Assembly (NCBI GenBank): GCA_039028615.1
Contig: JBCCHT010000047.1
Location: 1 to 64,000 of the forward strand
Direction of reading: 5' to 3'
Length of the DNA: 64,000 bases
Source of the DNA: Myxococcota bacterium
Lineage (GTDB): Bacteria > Myxococcota_A > Polyangia > Nannocystales > Nannocystaceae
Shown here: positions 18,674 to 26,932 of the stretch, piece by piece
Position numbering within the stretch: the stretch's first letter is position 1
How the letters are laid out: each line of letters begins with the position of its first letter
Program-made: the position numbers and the translations under genes
Notes under the pieces: generated by a model
What the model was told of the DNA's origin: nothing
Seen by the model: only the letters and a program-made list of their open reading frames with translations
The model's database searches: none

Positions 18674-18844
18674 CTAGTGCCGGTGGTGGGCGAGGCACTC
18701 GTCGGGCCCGCCACAACCGATTCCAAGCACACCCGCATTCCGGCCGCCATTGACTTCGGCCAGGTCGGGGTTCTCGATCTCCCGCAGGTCTTTGCCCTTG
18801 CGCAGGATTTCGAGCTTCTTGCTCTTCTTGTCTTCGTTTTTCAT
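18674..18844 (-). CDS. Putative RiPP precursor peptide, 56 aa, double-glycine leader
   Basis: GAGG RBS then MKNEDKKSKKLEILRKGKDLREIENPDLAEVNGG | RNAGVLGIGCGGPDECLAHHRH; directly upstream of the rSAM/SPASM gene on the same strand. Confidence 0.85.
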   Translation of the reverse strand: MKNEDKKSKKLEILRKGKDLREIENPDLAEVNGGRNAGVLGIGCGGPDECLAHHRH

Positions 18845-19261
18845 CGAGACCTCATAGCCGCAGCACGACGCGCCCATTCATCATGAATGGGGCGTGCCGT
18901 ACTACGAGTCGAGACAGGCTACTTCGCATCGGCGACTCTTCAAGGAACTCTTTTCATCGAGTTCCACGAAGTCGAGCGTCGGCCGAAGGGCCGCCGATGA
19001 AGCATGACGTGGATGTCGTGAACGAAACATCTGGGCGGGCGTCCGGGATGGTTCGTCCCGTGAATGAGTGACGATGGGCGAATTCGAACTGTGGCGATCA
19101 CGATGAAATTGGCGAGGGTGTACACCTAAAGTGCCAAACCGTAGTGATGACGGGATCGCGACACTTCGCCGAGTGTGCCAATGACGGGCGGCATGAATTG
19201 CAAAAGCGACCACCGGTCTTCACCGGGGGCCGCTTCGGTTTGGCGTCGGGCGAGATTCGGC

Positions 19262-20887
19262 TCAGTTGGAGAGCATGTATTGTTGGCCTTCGGATCGCAG
19301 AGAATCGATCGAAATTTCCACGCCGTCGTGCAGGCGGGTCAGGGTGCCGAACTGAGCGGCCGACAGCTCCTCGGGGAGATCGGAGACGATCGCGTAGGCC
19401 CCTGCGTCGCCCATCGGCGTGATCACGGCGTCGAGCGCAGTCACCACCCCCTCGGTCGAGGTCCAGCGGACGAGCTCGTTGCCGTCGGCGGGCAGGGCCG
19501 TGGCCTTGCCCGGCGTGGTGAACCAGGTCTCGTCGCCCGACTCCGGATCGACGAGCCCCACGAGCACGTGGCCCTCGGGCTGCCCCACCGGGCCTTGGGC
19601 GCCCCAGCTGGTCAGCTCGCGGATGTACGGCGAGACCTGGCGCCAGGTCCAGTCGCTGACCCACGTGTTGCCGCAGTAGGTCATGTAGTCCTTGGAGGCG
19701 GTGGGGCTATGCAGGCTGAAGTCCTGGGAGCCGAAGCCCCACACGCCGATGTCACCCGCGTCGTAGGGGTACGAGGGGTCGGTGCCGCCCTCGTCTCCAT
19801 TGCAGAAGATGTGGCGACGCCCCTGGGTGTGGCCGACCTCGTGGACGAAGGTGTTGGCGGTCGAGCTGAGCGAGCCGTACCAACGACCGACCGAGGTGCG
19901 GGCCCAGCCGTTGTCCATGGAGGGGAAGCCGGGGATGCTGATCGCCTGGCCGCCGACCCCGTCGGGGCCGCCGTCACAGGGCCGCACCACGCCGTAGTAG
20001 TACGCGGCCGGGTCGGCGCCGTCGGTGGCACGCAGGTCGGCGAGGAAGCCGAGCACGCCGTTGAAGGAGTTCATGCTCTGCGTGTAGGCGATGGGATCGC
20101 GACGCGTCATGACCACCCGGTTCACCGGGTTCTGCATGAACAGCTGGTCGGACAGGTACTGGAGCTCGTCGTCGGTGATCTCGGGCGGCTCGGGGCACTG
20201 GGCGCCCGTGTCGTGGTCGATGGGCACGATGACGACCTGCAGCTCCATCGGCGTGCTCTCGATGCCGATATATGCGGGCTCGGCCGGGAACACGGACTGC
20301 GCGGGCTCGGGGGTGTCGCGAAGATCGTCGGTCGTCTCGTACAGCTCGATGTGGAACTGCACGCCGGGCGTGACCAGCTCGGCGGGCGCGATGAAGTAGA
20401 TGTTGGTGTCGAGGTCGTTGGGGACCGAGTTGCCCTCGACCATGAACAGCCGGCTGGCGCTCTCCTGGGAGCCGTCGGGCTGGGTCAACACCAGGCGGCC
20501 TTCGATCACGCGGGGCTCGAAGTCGGGCTCGAGCTCCCAGTAGGCACGGATCAAGGTGTTGCGGTTGGCGATGAGCTCGGCGTTGCGGCCCGAGCCATCG
20601 ACCCATGCGCCATCACGGTAGACCGGGACGTGGACTCCGTGGTCGGCATAGATCTCGGTGAGCGTGATCCCGCGCGCGGGGTAGGGCTCGAACTCCGGCT
20701 CGCTGGCCGTGCTCTCTCCCGATTCGTCGACCGCCTCCGAGGTCTGGCCGGCATCATCGTCGCCGGTCGCGGAGGTGGCCTCTTCACCACCGCTGGCATC
20801 GGCTCCGCCGGATGCAGTTGCAGGATCACCGGGTCCGCACGCAAACCCGACAAACAAAGAAAACCCCAGGATCGACGACCGACGCAT
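19262..20887 (-). CDS. Lipoprotein metzincin metallopeptidase (M66-like)
   Basis: MRRSSILGFSLFVGFAC lipobox; FVHEVGHTQGRRH (HEXXHXXGXXH); KDYMTYC Met-turn. Confidence 0.85.
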   Translation of the reverse strand: MRRSSILGFSLFVGFACGPGDPATASGGADASGGEEATSATGDDDAGQTSEAVDESGESTASEPEFEPYPARGITLTEIYADHGVHVPVYRDGAWVDGSGRNAELIANRNTLIRAYWELEPDFEPRVIEGRLVLTQPDGSQESASRLFMVEGNSVPNDLDTNIYFIAPAELVTPGVQFHIELYETTDDLRDTPEPAQSVFPAEPAYIGIESTPMELQVVIVPIDHDTGAQCPEPPEITDDELQYLSDQLFMQNPVNRVVMTRRDPIAYTQSMNSFNGVLGFLADLRATDGADPAAYYYGVVRPCDGGPDGVGGQAISIPGFPSMDNGWARTSVGRWYGSLSSTANTFVHEVGHTQGRRHIFCNGDEGGTDPSYPYDAGDIGVWGFGSQDFSLHSPTASKDYMTYCGNTWVSDWTWRQVSPYIRELTSWGAQGPVGQPEGHVLVGLVDPESGDETWFTTPGKATALPADGNELVRWTSTEGVVTALDAVITPMGDAGAYAIVSDLPEELSAAQFGTLTRLHDGVEISIDSLRSEGQQYMLSN

Positions 20888-21151
20888 GACTGTAGGTGAA
20901 CGTACCTTGCGCAATGACCGCAAACAACAGGTTCCTGCGGAATCTAGGCACGATGTCGCAGCTTCGTGGTCCTCGCGGGCACCGAGTGCACGGTGAGTGC
21001 GAGGTGGATTACCGTCATCTCGGTTTATGAAGGAAAAGTCGCACTTCGCTCCATTGCGGGAGTCGCGACGCGATCCCCGAGGTCCACGCCGCGCAGGCCG
21101 CCGCCGCGCCCCGTTGTAAGCTCCGCCGCACGCCCGCAGTTGGTTGTTTTC

Positions 21152-22345
21152 ATGGCCTCGTTGCCCGCACGTCAATGCATTCGGCTCGGTCTGGCTCTCG
21201 TGTTGGGGCTGGCCGCGGCCGCCTGTAATCGGCCCGGTCGGGGCGGCAATTCGCCCGACGGCCCGGTCTCCGACATGGAGGCCAACCGCTACATTCGCCG
21301 CGCGATTCGGCAGTCGAGCGAGGGCGTGATCCTGTTGCCGTCGCAGCGGGCCGAGCGGGTCTACGAGCTGCCCCGTCTCAACGAAATCGCCCAGGGTCTG
21401 CGCAGCCCCGCCGCGCGCTGCTTCCTGGCGCGTGCCATCGAGACGATGGAGCGCCGCACCGACGGCGAGCGTGGCTACCTCAACGTCCCCGAGGGGCAGA
21501 TCAAGGCCCGGGTTCGCATCGCGCCGTCGGGCGAGGTGCTGCGGGCGGAGATCCTCGAGTCGGGCTTCAAAGACGAGCAGATGGAGCCGTGCCTGCAAGA
21601 GGTGCTCGTCGGTCAGCGCTGGCCGCCGAACAAGAGCGGCAACGCCCACTACATCGACGTCATCTACTGGGTGAGCCTCGGGTTCCAGCGGGGCCTCGAC
21701 ACCGAAGAGATGGCCGTGCACATGCGCCGTGAAGAGGTGAGTGCGGGTCGGCGCGGTAAGGCGTGCTTGCAGGGGCGCGTCGACGCGGGGCGCTACGAGG
21801 TCAGCGGCCTCAACCTCATCGATCGCGAGGGGCGGACCTTGGTCAATCGGGTGGAGACCGGCGACCTCCCCGAGCCCATCCGGGCGTGCATCGCCACCGC
21901 GCTGCGAGAGATTCGACTGCCCCGGGATCCCGATGCGTTCGTGCGGCCGCTGTCGCCGACGGTGACCTTCGACATCACGGGGGACGGCACCATCACGGTG
22001 GTCGGCGAGCGCTGGCTCGAGCTCATCGAGATGGAAGAGCGGGCTCAGCTCGCGGCCGAGCGCGACGCGCTGCGCTCCGAGTCCGAAGAGCCCTACGAGC
22101 TGGTCGACGAGCTGCCCTCGAGTCGCCCCTCGGAGCTGAGCACGGGCGCCGTCGCAGTGGGCGAGCGTCTGGCGGAAGAGACCGCGGGGGAACAACCGGT
22201 CGAGCCCGATCCCAACGGACAGCCGCCGCCCGCGGTCGAGCCACCCAACCCCGGCGCGGTGGCCTCGCCCGCACCGACCCAAGACCCGGGCAAAGGCGGT
22301 CTACGCCTGAAGCTCGGCAGTCGAGGCGAGGGTGACGATTCGTAG
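21152..22345 (+). CDS. Lipoprotein with TonB-C/AgmX-PglI-like domains
   Basis: LGLAAAAC lipobox; GQIKARVRIAPSGEVLRAEILESG...CLQEVL and IRACIATALREIRLP resemble TonB_C-like folds. Confidence 0.6.
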   Translation: MASLPARQCIRLGLALVLGLAAAACNRPGRGGNSPDGPVSDMEANRYIRRAIRQSSEGVILLPSQRAERVYELPRLNEIAQGLRSPAARCFLARAIETMERRTDGERGYLNVPEGQIKARVRIAPSGEVLRAEILESGFKDEQMEPCLQEVLVGQRWPPNKSGNAHYIDVIYWVSLGFQRGLDTEEMAVHMRREEVSAGRRGKACLQGRVDAGRYEVSGLNLIDREGRTLVNRVETGDLPEPIRACIATALREIRLPRDPDAFVRPLSPTVTFDITGDGTITVVGERWLELIEMEERAQLAAERDALRSESEEPYELVDELPSSRPSELSTGAVAVGERLAEETAGEQPVEPDPNGQPPPAVEPPNPGAVASPAPTQDPGKGGLRLKLGSRGEGDDS

Positions 22346-22380
22346 TCGAGCGGGCCGCAGAGGCCATCGGGGACGCTGAC

Positions 22381-23283
22381 GTGGCTGCAGGGGGAGGCAC
22401 ATCGGCACTCGTGCCCGCGACGCCCGGAGCCCCGGCGGCGCCGCTGCGTCATCGCGACCTGCCGGTCATGATGGCCTCCGAGCTCGAGCGCATGGTCGGC
22501 TTCGTGCCCATCGTGCGACTGCTGAGCGGCTTGGTGGGGGTGCTGGGGACGCTGGCGACCGCGGCCGGGATCAGCATGGGCCTGCCTGCGCTCGCCGGGG
22601 CCGCCGCGCTACTCAGCGGCCTCATCTTGTATGCGCTGTGGGAGGACACCCGTCTCGCCAGCGCGCTCGACCTGCTCCGCAAGCGCCGTACGCCGGCCGC
22701 CGAGGCGGCGTTGGCCAAGATCGCCAGCTCGCCCCGACGCTCGGCCTGGCAGCGCCAGCGCGCGCGCACCTACTTGGCCTCGATCGCATGGCGGCGGGGG
22801 GACGTGGAGCAGTCGCTGCAGTGGATCCAAGCGCGGCTGGCGGTGCCCCGGCACCGACGACAAGAGCCCACCGAAGGCTGGCTGGCCATGGCCACCGAGG
22901 TCCGCCTGCTCGCGCTGGCCGGCCATGTCTCGCAGGCCAAGGAGGCGCTCGGCAAGCTGCCGAAGCCGCCGCCCCGCGATGAGGACCTCGAGATGATCGC
23001 GGCCGAGACCGCGCTGCTGGTCGCGTTCGTGGCCGACGATGCGGACGCGGTGCGTGACGAGCTGGACGGCTGGGAGCCGCTGGTCTCCGAGCGCGACGGC
23101 GTGGGCCTCGGGCTCGCGTTGCTGGCCTGGGCCAACGCCGGCCGCGGCGATCGGGACCGGGCACTACGCTGGGTTCGGGCGCTGCAGTCCCGCGAAGACA
23201 ACGGTCACCTGCAGCGCTTTTACCCGCGCCTGTGGCAGTGGATCGAGCGCTACGACGCCGGCTTCCACTACGGTCGCAAGTAG
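22381..23283 (+). CDS. Hypothetical membrane protein with helical-repeat C-terminus
   Basis: Two hydrophobic helices near the N-terminus followed by TPR-like helices; start uncertain (22381 or 22468). Confidence 0.65.
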   Translation: MAAGGGTSALVPATPGAPAAPLRHRDLPVMMASELERMVGFVPIVRLLSGLVGVLGTLATAAGISMGLPALAGAAALLSGLILYALWEDTRLASALDLLRKRRTPAAEAALAKIASSPRRSAWQRQRARTYLASIAWRRGDVEQSLQWIQARLAVPRHRRQEPTEGWLAMATEVRLLALAGHVSQAKEALGKLPKPPPRDEDLEMIAAETALLVAFVADDADAVRDELDGWEPLVSERDGVGLGLALLAWANAGRGDRDRALRWVRALQSREDNGHLQRFYPRLWQWIERYDAGFHYGRK

Positions 23284-23287
23284 GGGC

Positions 23288-24529
23288 TCAGCGCTCGTCC
23301 GGTCGCGGAGGGAAGGACAGCGGTCCGCTCTCGCGGTCGTCGTCGTCTTCGTCGCGCGGAGGGAAGGACAGCGGCCCGCTCTCGTCGTCGGCGTGGCTGC
23401 CCGCTCGGTCGGGGAACATCAGCTCGACGCTCTTGCCGACTTCGCTGTCCGCCTCGCGCTCGCTCTTCGGGTGCTTGATCTTCCGCACCGAAGGCATGTC
23501 GTTGTAGGTCGTGGTGATCGAGGCCTCGGTGGGGATGGCGGCGATGAGCGACGCGGCATCCGTGTTGTCGAGGGTCTCTTGGACGGTGGGGTCGGGCGGC
23601 GCGAGCAGGCTGATGACCATGGACGCGCTGATGAGCCCGGCCACGATGCCCAGCGAGACGCCGATGGGGATGTGAATCGGGTCGACCACGCCGAGCAGCC
23701 CCTCGGCGAGCAGCATCTTGGCCCCGATATACGCCAGCACCAGGCCGAGGCCGTATTTGAGGTAGGCGAACTTGTCGAGGACGTTCTGCAGCAGGAAGAA
23801 CATCGCCCGCAGGCCGAGCACCGCGCACACGTTGCTGGTGAAGACGATGAACGGATCGCGGCTGATACCGAAGACGGCGGGGATCGAGTCGAGCGCGAAC
23901 ACCACGTCCGAGGTCTCGATCATCAGCAGGACGATGAGCAGCGGCGTGGCGAAGAGCTTGCCCTTTTCGCGGACGAAGAACTTGGTGCCGTGGTAGCGCC
24001 GCGTCAGCGGGAGGATCTTGCGGGCGAGCCGATAGGCGAAGTTGCCCGAGGGGTCGACCTGGTCTTCGTCGGTGAACAGCAGGCGGATGCCAGTGAAGAG
24101 CAAGAACCCGCCGAAGATGTACAGCGTCCACGAGAAGGTCTCGATGAGACCGATGCCCACGACGATGAACAGGCCGCGCAAGATCAGCGCACCGACGATG
24201 CCGGCGAACAACACCCGGTGCATCACCGCCGGCTTCACGTCCATGTAACGGAAGATGACGATGAAGACGAAGAGGTTGTCGACCGACAACGACTTCTCGA
24301 TGACGTAGGCGCTGAGGAACTCGAGCGCGCGCTCGGAGCCGAACCAGAGGTAGACGAGCCCATTGAAGCCGAGGCTCAGGGCCACCCACACGAGCGACCA
24401 GACGAGGGCCTCCCGGGTGCTGACCGGCCGCGCGCTGCGGTGAAACAGCCCGAGGTCGATGGAGACGAGCACCCCGATCCCGAGCAGAAACGCCACCCAC
24501 AGCGTGGGCGTGCCTACCGATTCGAACAA
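23288..24529 (-). CDS. TerC/Alx family membrane protein with acidic C-terminal extension
   Basis: YVIEKSLSVDNLFVF, IETSDVVFALDSIPAV, FIVFTSNVCAVLGLRAMFF. Confidence 0.93.
   Translation of the reverse strand: MFESVGTPTLWVAFLLGIGVLVSIDLGLFHRSARPVSTREALVWSLVWVALSLGFNGLVYLWFGSERALEFLSAYVIEKSLSVDNLFVFIVIFRYMDVKPAVMHRVLFAGIVGALILRGLFIVVGIGLIETFSWTLYIFGGFLLFTGIRLLFTDEDQVDPSGNFAYRLARKILPLTRRYHGTKFFVREKGKLFATPLLIVLLMIETSDVVFALDSIPAVFGISRDPFIVFTSNVCAVLGLRAMFFLLQNVLDKFAYLKYGLGLVLAYIGAKMLLAEGLLGVVDPIHIPIGVSLGIVAGLISASMVISLLAPPDPTVQETLDNTDAASLIAAIPTEASITTTYNDMPSVRKIKHPKSEREADSEVGKSVELMFPDRAGSHADDESGPLSFPPRDEDDDDRESGPLSFPPRPDER
23304..23384. repeat. 30-bp direct repeat (1 mismatch) in the TerC tail, encoding ESGPLSFPPR twice
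   Basis: cgcggagggaaggacagcgg(t/c)ccgctctcg at 23304-23333 and 23355-23384. Confidence 0.9.
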
Positions 24530-24584
24530 GCCGCGGTGCTCCTGGGAAAGAGGCGGGCTGAACGACGAACGCGATGCGTTGCCG

Positions 24585-25097
24585 TCACTGGATCCGGTTG
24601 ACCTTGGAGGCCTTGACCTTGAAGGTCACTTTTCGCGGCTTGCTCGAGTCCTGGTACTCGAGGTCGATGAGCGTGCCTTCGAACTCGACGTGCGTGCCGA
24701 CGGGGACGCCCGTGTAGAAGTCTTGGTCGGAGTACAGGTGGATGTCGTACGTGATCTCGTACAGGACCGCCTCGGGGACCTGCGCGAAGATTTCGTACTT
24801 GCCGTACTGCGAGTCGTCCATCGCCTCGCCGAGCTCGGAGCCGTTCTGGAACAAGGCCTGGCCCTTGAAGCTGCCCTCGGTGGACTTGAGCTGGTCGATG
24901 TGCGCCTGGCGCTCCGTCGACGACATCGAGTTGTACGCGTCGAGCCGCTGTTTGTTGAACGTGAGGTCCGCACCTTGCACGTCGTAGGCCTCGGGCGGCT
25001 TTTGCCACTCGGGAGTCTTTTCCTCGCCACTGGGATTGCAGGCGGCTACGAGCCACGCTGCGCATACCCCAGCGGCCAACCTGTGGGCTCCGCGCAT
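24585..25097 (-). CDS. Hypothetical lipoprotein
   Basis: MRGAHRL...WLVAAC lipobox; strong GC3 bias; beta-rich C-terminal half. Confidence 0.75.
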   Translation of the reverse strand: MRGAHRLAAGVCAAWLVAACNPSGEEKTPEWQKPPEAYDVQGADLTFNKQRLDAYNSMSSTERQAHIDQLKSTEGSFKGQALFQNGSELGEAMDDSQYGKYEIFAQVPEAVLYEITYDIHLYSDQDFYTGVPVGTHVEFEGTLIDLEYQDSSKPRKVTFKVKASKVNRIQ

Positions 25098-25239
25098 GGC
25101 GGGAAAGCTATCACGCCGGCGCAATAATTCCACCGGGTTCTGCCCCGGTCGGCCGCCCGTGACCGGCCCGATCGATGCGCCGCGGGACACGTCGTGCCGC
25201 CGCCCTCCAGCCGCGACACGACGGGGGCTACGGGGCCGG

Positions 25240-26070
25240 CTACGCCGGGTCGGGAGCGGGGATCACCGCGTCGGCCGGCAGGTCGTCGGCGAGCGCCTGG
25301 CGGGCCGCGTCGATCCGCTCGGCGTCGGCAGCGGGACCCTCGAAGGTGATGCGCACGTGGTAGCTCACGCGACCGTCCTCGCCCCGCGACCATCGCGGAT
25401 AGGAGCCAATTTCGACGCCGGGGAAGCGCTCGAGGATCGACTCCAGCTTGGCGGCGAGGCTGCTCTCGTCGACGGTGCTGTGCAGCATGGTGAGGTGCCA
25501 GCCCTCACCTTGCGGCAGCTCGCCAGGCAGCGCTTCGAGCCGCTCGACCTTGGCGCGCAACAGGCCGGGCACGCCCGGCAAAATATAGATGCGAGACGGG
25601 CCCGGATCGTCGAGATCGAGGCGAAGCACCGGCCATCCGGGGCCCGCGCGCAGCACGGTGCCCTGCGGGAGGTCGGCCATCGTCAGCCCCTCTTCGGTGA
25701 GCCGCTCGCCGTAGTGCTGGCGGAGCTCGGCTTCGATCTCCGCGTTGCGTTGCAAGGGGCGGCCCGTCGCGGCCGCGATCGCCTCGAGCGTGCGGTCGTC
25801 GGGGGTGGGGCCGACGCCACCGGAAGTGAAGACCAAGGGCGCGCGCTTCAGCAGGTCGAGCAGCGCGCGGCCGATGTCGTCGATGCCGTCGCCGATCATC
25901 CGGGTTTCCACCAGCGCGATGCCGCGGCGACGCAACACCTTGGTCAAAAACCAGCCGTTCTCGTCGCGGATCTTTCCGCTCAACAACTCGTCGCCGATCA
26001 GCAAGATGGCGGCGCGGGGTGGCGTGGTTCCGGTGGTCTCCGAGGTGGGGCTCGTGGTCGGGGAGGACAT
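25240..26070 (-). CDS. Molybdopterin-binding domain / CinA N-terminal-like protein
   Basis: IGDELLSGKIRDENG, TSGGVGPTPDDRT, YILPGVP, IGSYP. Confidence 0.88.
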   Translation of the reverse strand: MSSPTTSPTSETTGTTPPRAAILLIGDELLSGKIRDENGWFLTKVLRRRGIALVETRMIGDGIDDIGRALLDLLKRAPLVFTSGGVGPTPDDRTLEAIAAATGRPLQRNAEIEAELRQHYGERLTEEGLTMADLPQGTVLRAGPGWPVLRLDLDDPGPSRIYILPGVPGLLRAKVERLEALPGELPQGEGWHLTMLHSTVDESSLAAKLESILERFPGVEIGSYPRWSRGEDGRVSYHVRITFEGPAADAERIDAARQALADDLPADAVIPAPDPA

Positions 26071-26244
26071 GGAGGCCAGGGGCTCGGACGATAGCACGCG
26101 ACTGCCGCTTGACGGTGCTGCGGTCGCTTCGTAGTGCTACCGAGTGCGCGTTCCAGAACCGACCGCCGCGGTGGGCTCCGATTCGCGCGACCGGGGGCGA
26201 GCGTGCGCGTCGGGGACGAGGTTGCGTAGCAGGCGCGGTCGCTC

Positions 26245-26919
26245 GTGAAGCCGACACCGTGGGGTGACGCCCTCGATTCGCTCGCCGCGGTGGTGTTCGG
26301 CGGCGACGAGGGGCACCGACGGCTGGCGCCCTTGCTCGCCCGCTGGGACGACGAGGCCGCGCCGTTACGCGACGAAGACCCGGACTTCGGCCAATGGCAG
26401 ATGATTCGGATGGACTGGGCGCTGTGTGACGCGCTGGCCCACGACGCGACCGGTCCGGGCGATACGTGGGCTCGGCGAGCGGTCAACGGCCTGGTGCCGG
26501 GCTGGGAGCCTCGTCCCGAGGACGAGGTGCTCGCCGCTTCGGTGGCGGGTCTGTTCGAGGTCTGGCCGGGCAAGATCCCGTGGCTGCGCGATCGAGTCGG
26601 AGGGCTGTGCTTGGCGTTGGCCGATGCCGCGCGCCTCGAGCCGGTCGGGGAGGGCGGTCCGGTGGCGCTATGGGAGGCGCGGGTGGTGATCGGCGAGCCC
26701 GATCCCCGCGATCCCGAAAAAGGCGCGCGCGCGCATCTGTGCCGGCCTCCGCTGTCGTATCCGCTCGAGATCCTCGACACGGTGCAGGAGCGTCAGCTCC
26801 GACGCTTCGTGCCCGACGGGAGACCGCCCTCGCTGCCGTTGCTACGGCGGGCTCGATTGCGTTGGCGTCGCGCCGAGCGAGCGGACGCGCGGGTGATGTT
26901 CCGTCTGAGCGATACGTAG
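26245..26919 (+). CDS. Hypothetical protein
   Basis: 224-aa ORF filling the gap between flanking genes; protein-like composition. Confidence 0.6.
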   Translation: MKPTPWGDALDSLAAVVFGGDEGHRRLAPLLARWDDEAAPLRDEDPDFGQWQMIRMDWALCDALAHDATGPGDTWARRAVNGLVPGWEPRPEDEVLAASVAGLFEVWPGKIPWLRDRVGGLCLALADAARLEPVGEGGPVALWEARVVIGEPDPRDPEKGARAHLCRPPLSYPLEILDTVQERQLRRFVPDGRPPSLPLLRRARLRWRRAERADARVMFRLSDT

Positions 26920-26932
26920 ATCGCGACGCTCG

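Noticed and set aside
18592..18750. N-terminal 53-aa extension of the radical SAM ORF (ORF-track start 18750)
   Set aside because: It overlaps the precursor gene and the stem-loop; GTG 18591 has a GGAG RBS and matches where this family normally begins.
19120..19140. Minus-strand TGGCACTTTAGGTGTA as the sigma54 promoter of the RiPP cassette
   Set aside because: The -12 position reads GT rather than GC and it lies about 280 nt from the start codon; not supportable.
18883..19213. Additional small ORFs upstream of the precursor as second precursors
   Set aside because: No RBS, leader motif or GC3 bias; they look like chance ORFs in a regulatory spacer.
20888..22282. N-terminal half of the 1006-aa ORF 19262..22282
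   Set aside because: It is antisense to the plus-strand lipoprotein gene; the real peptidase starts at the signal peptide at 20887.
24530..24584. yybP-ykoY manganese riboswitch upstream of the TerC gene
   Set aside because: The intergenic gap is only about 55 nt and no matching structure was seen.
26091..26142. Imperfect inverted repeat (TAGCAC...GTGCTA) as a CIRCE element or ncRNA
   Set aside because: Spacing is far from N9, the stem is irregular, and no chaperone gene is adjacent; it is probably part of a divergent promoter region.
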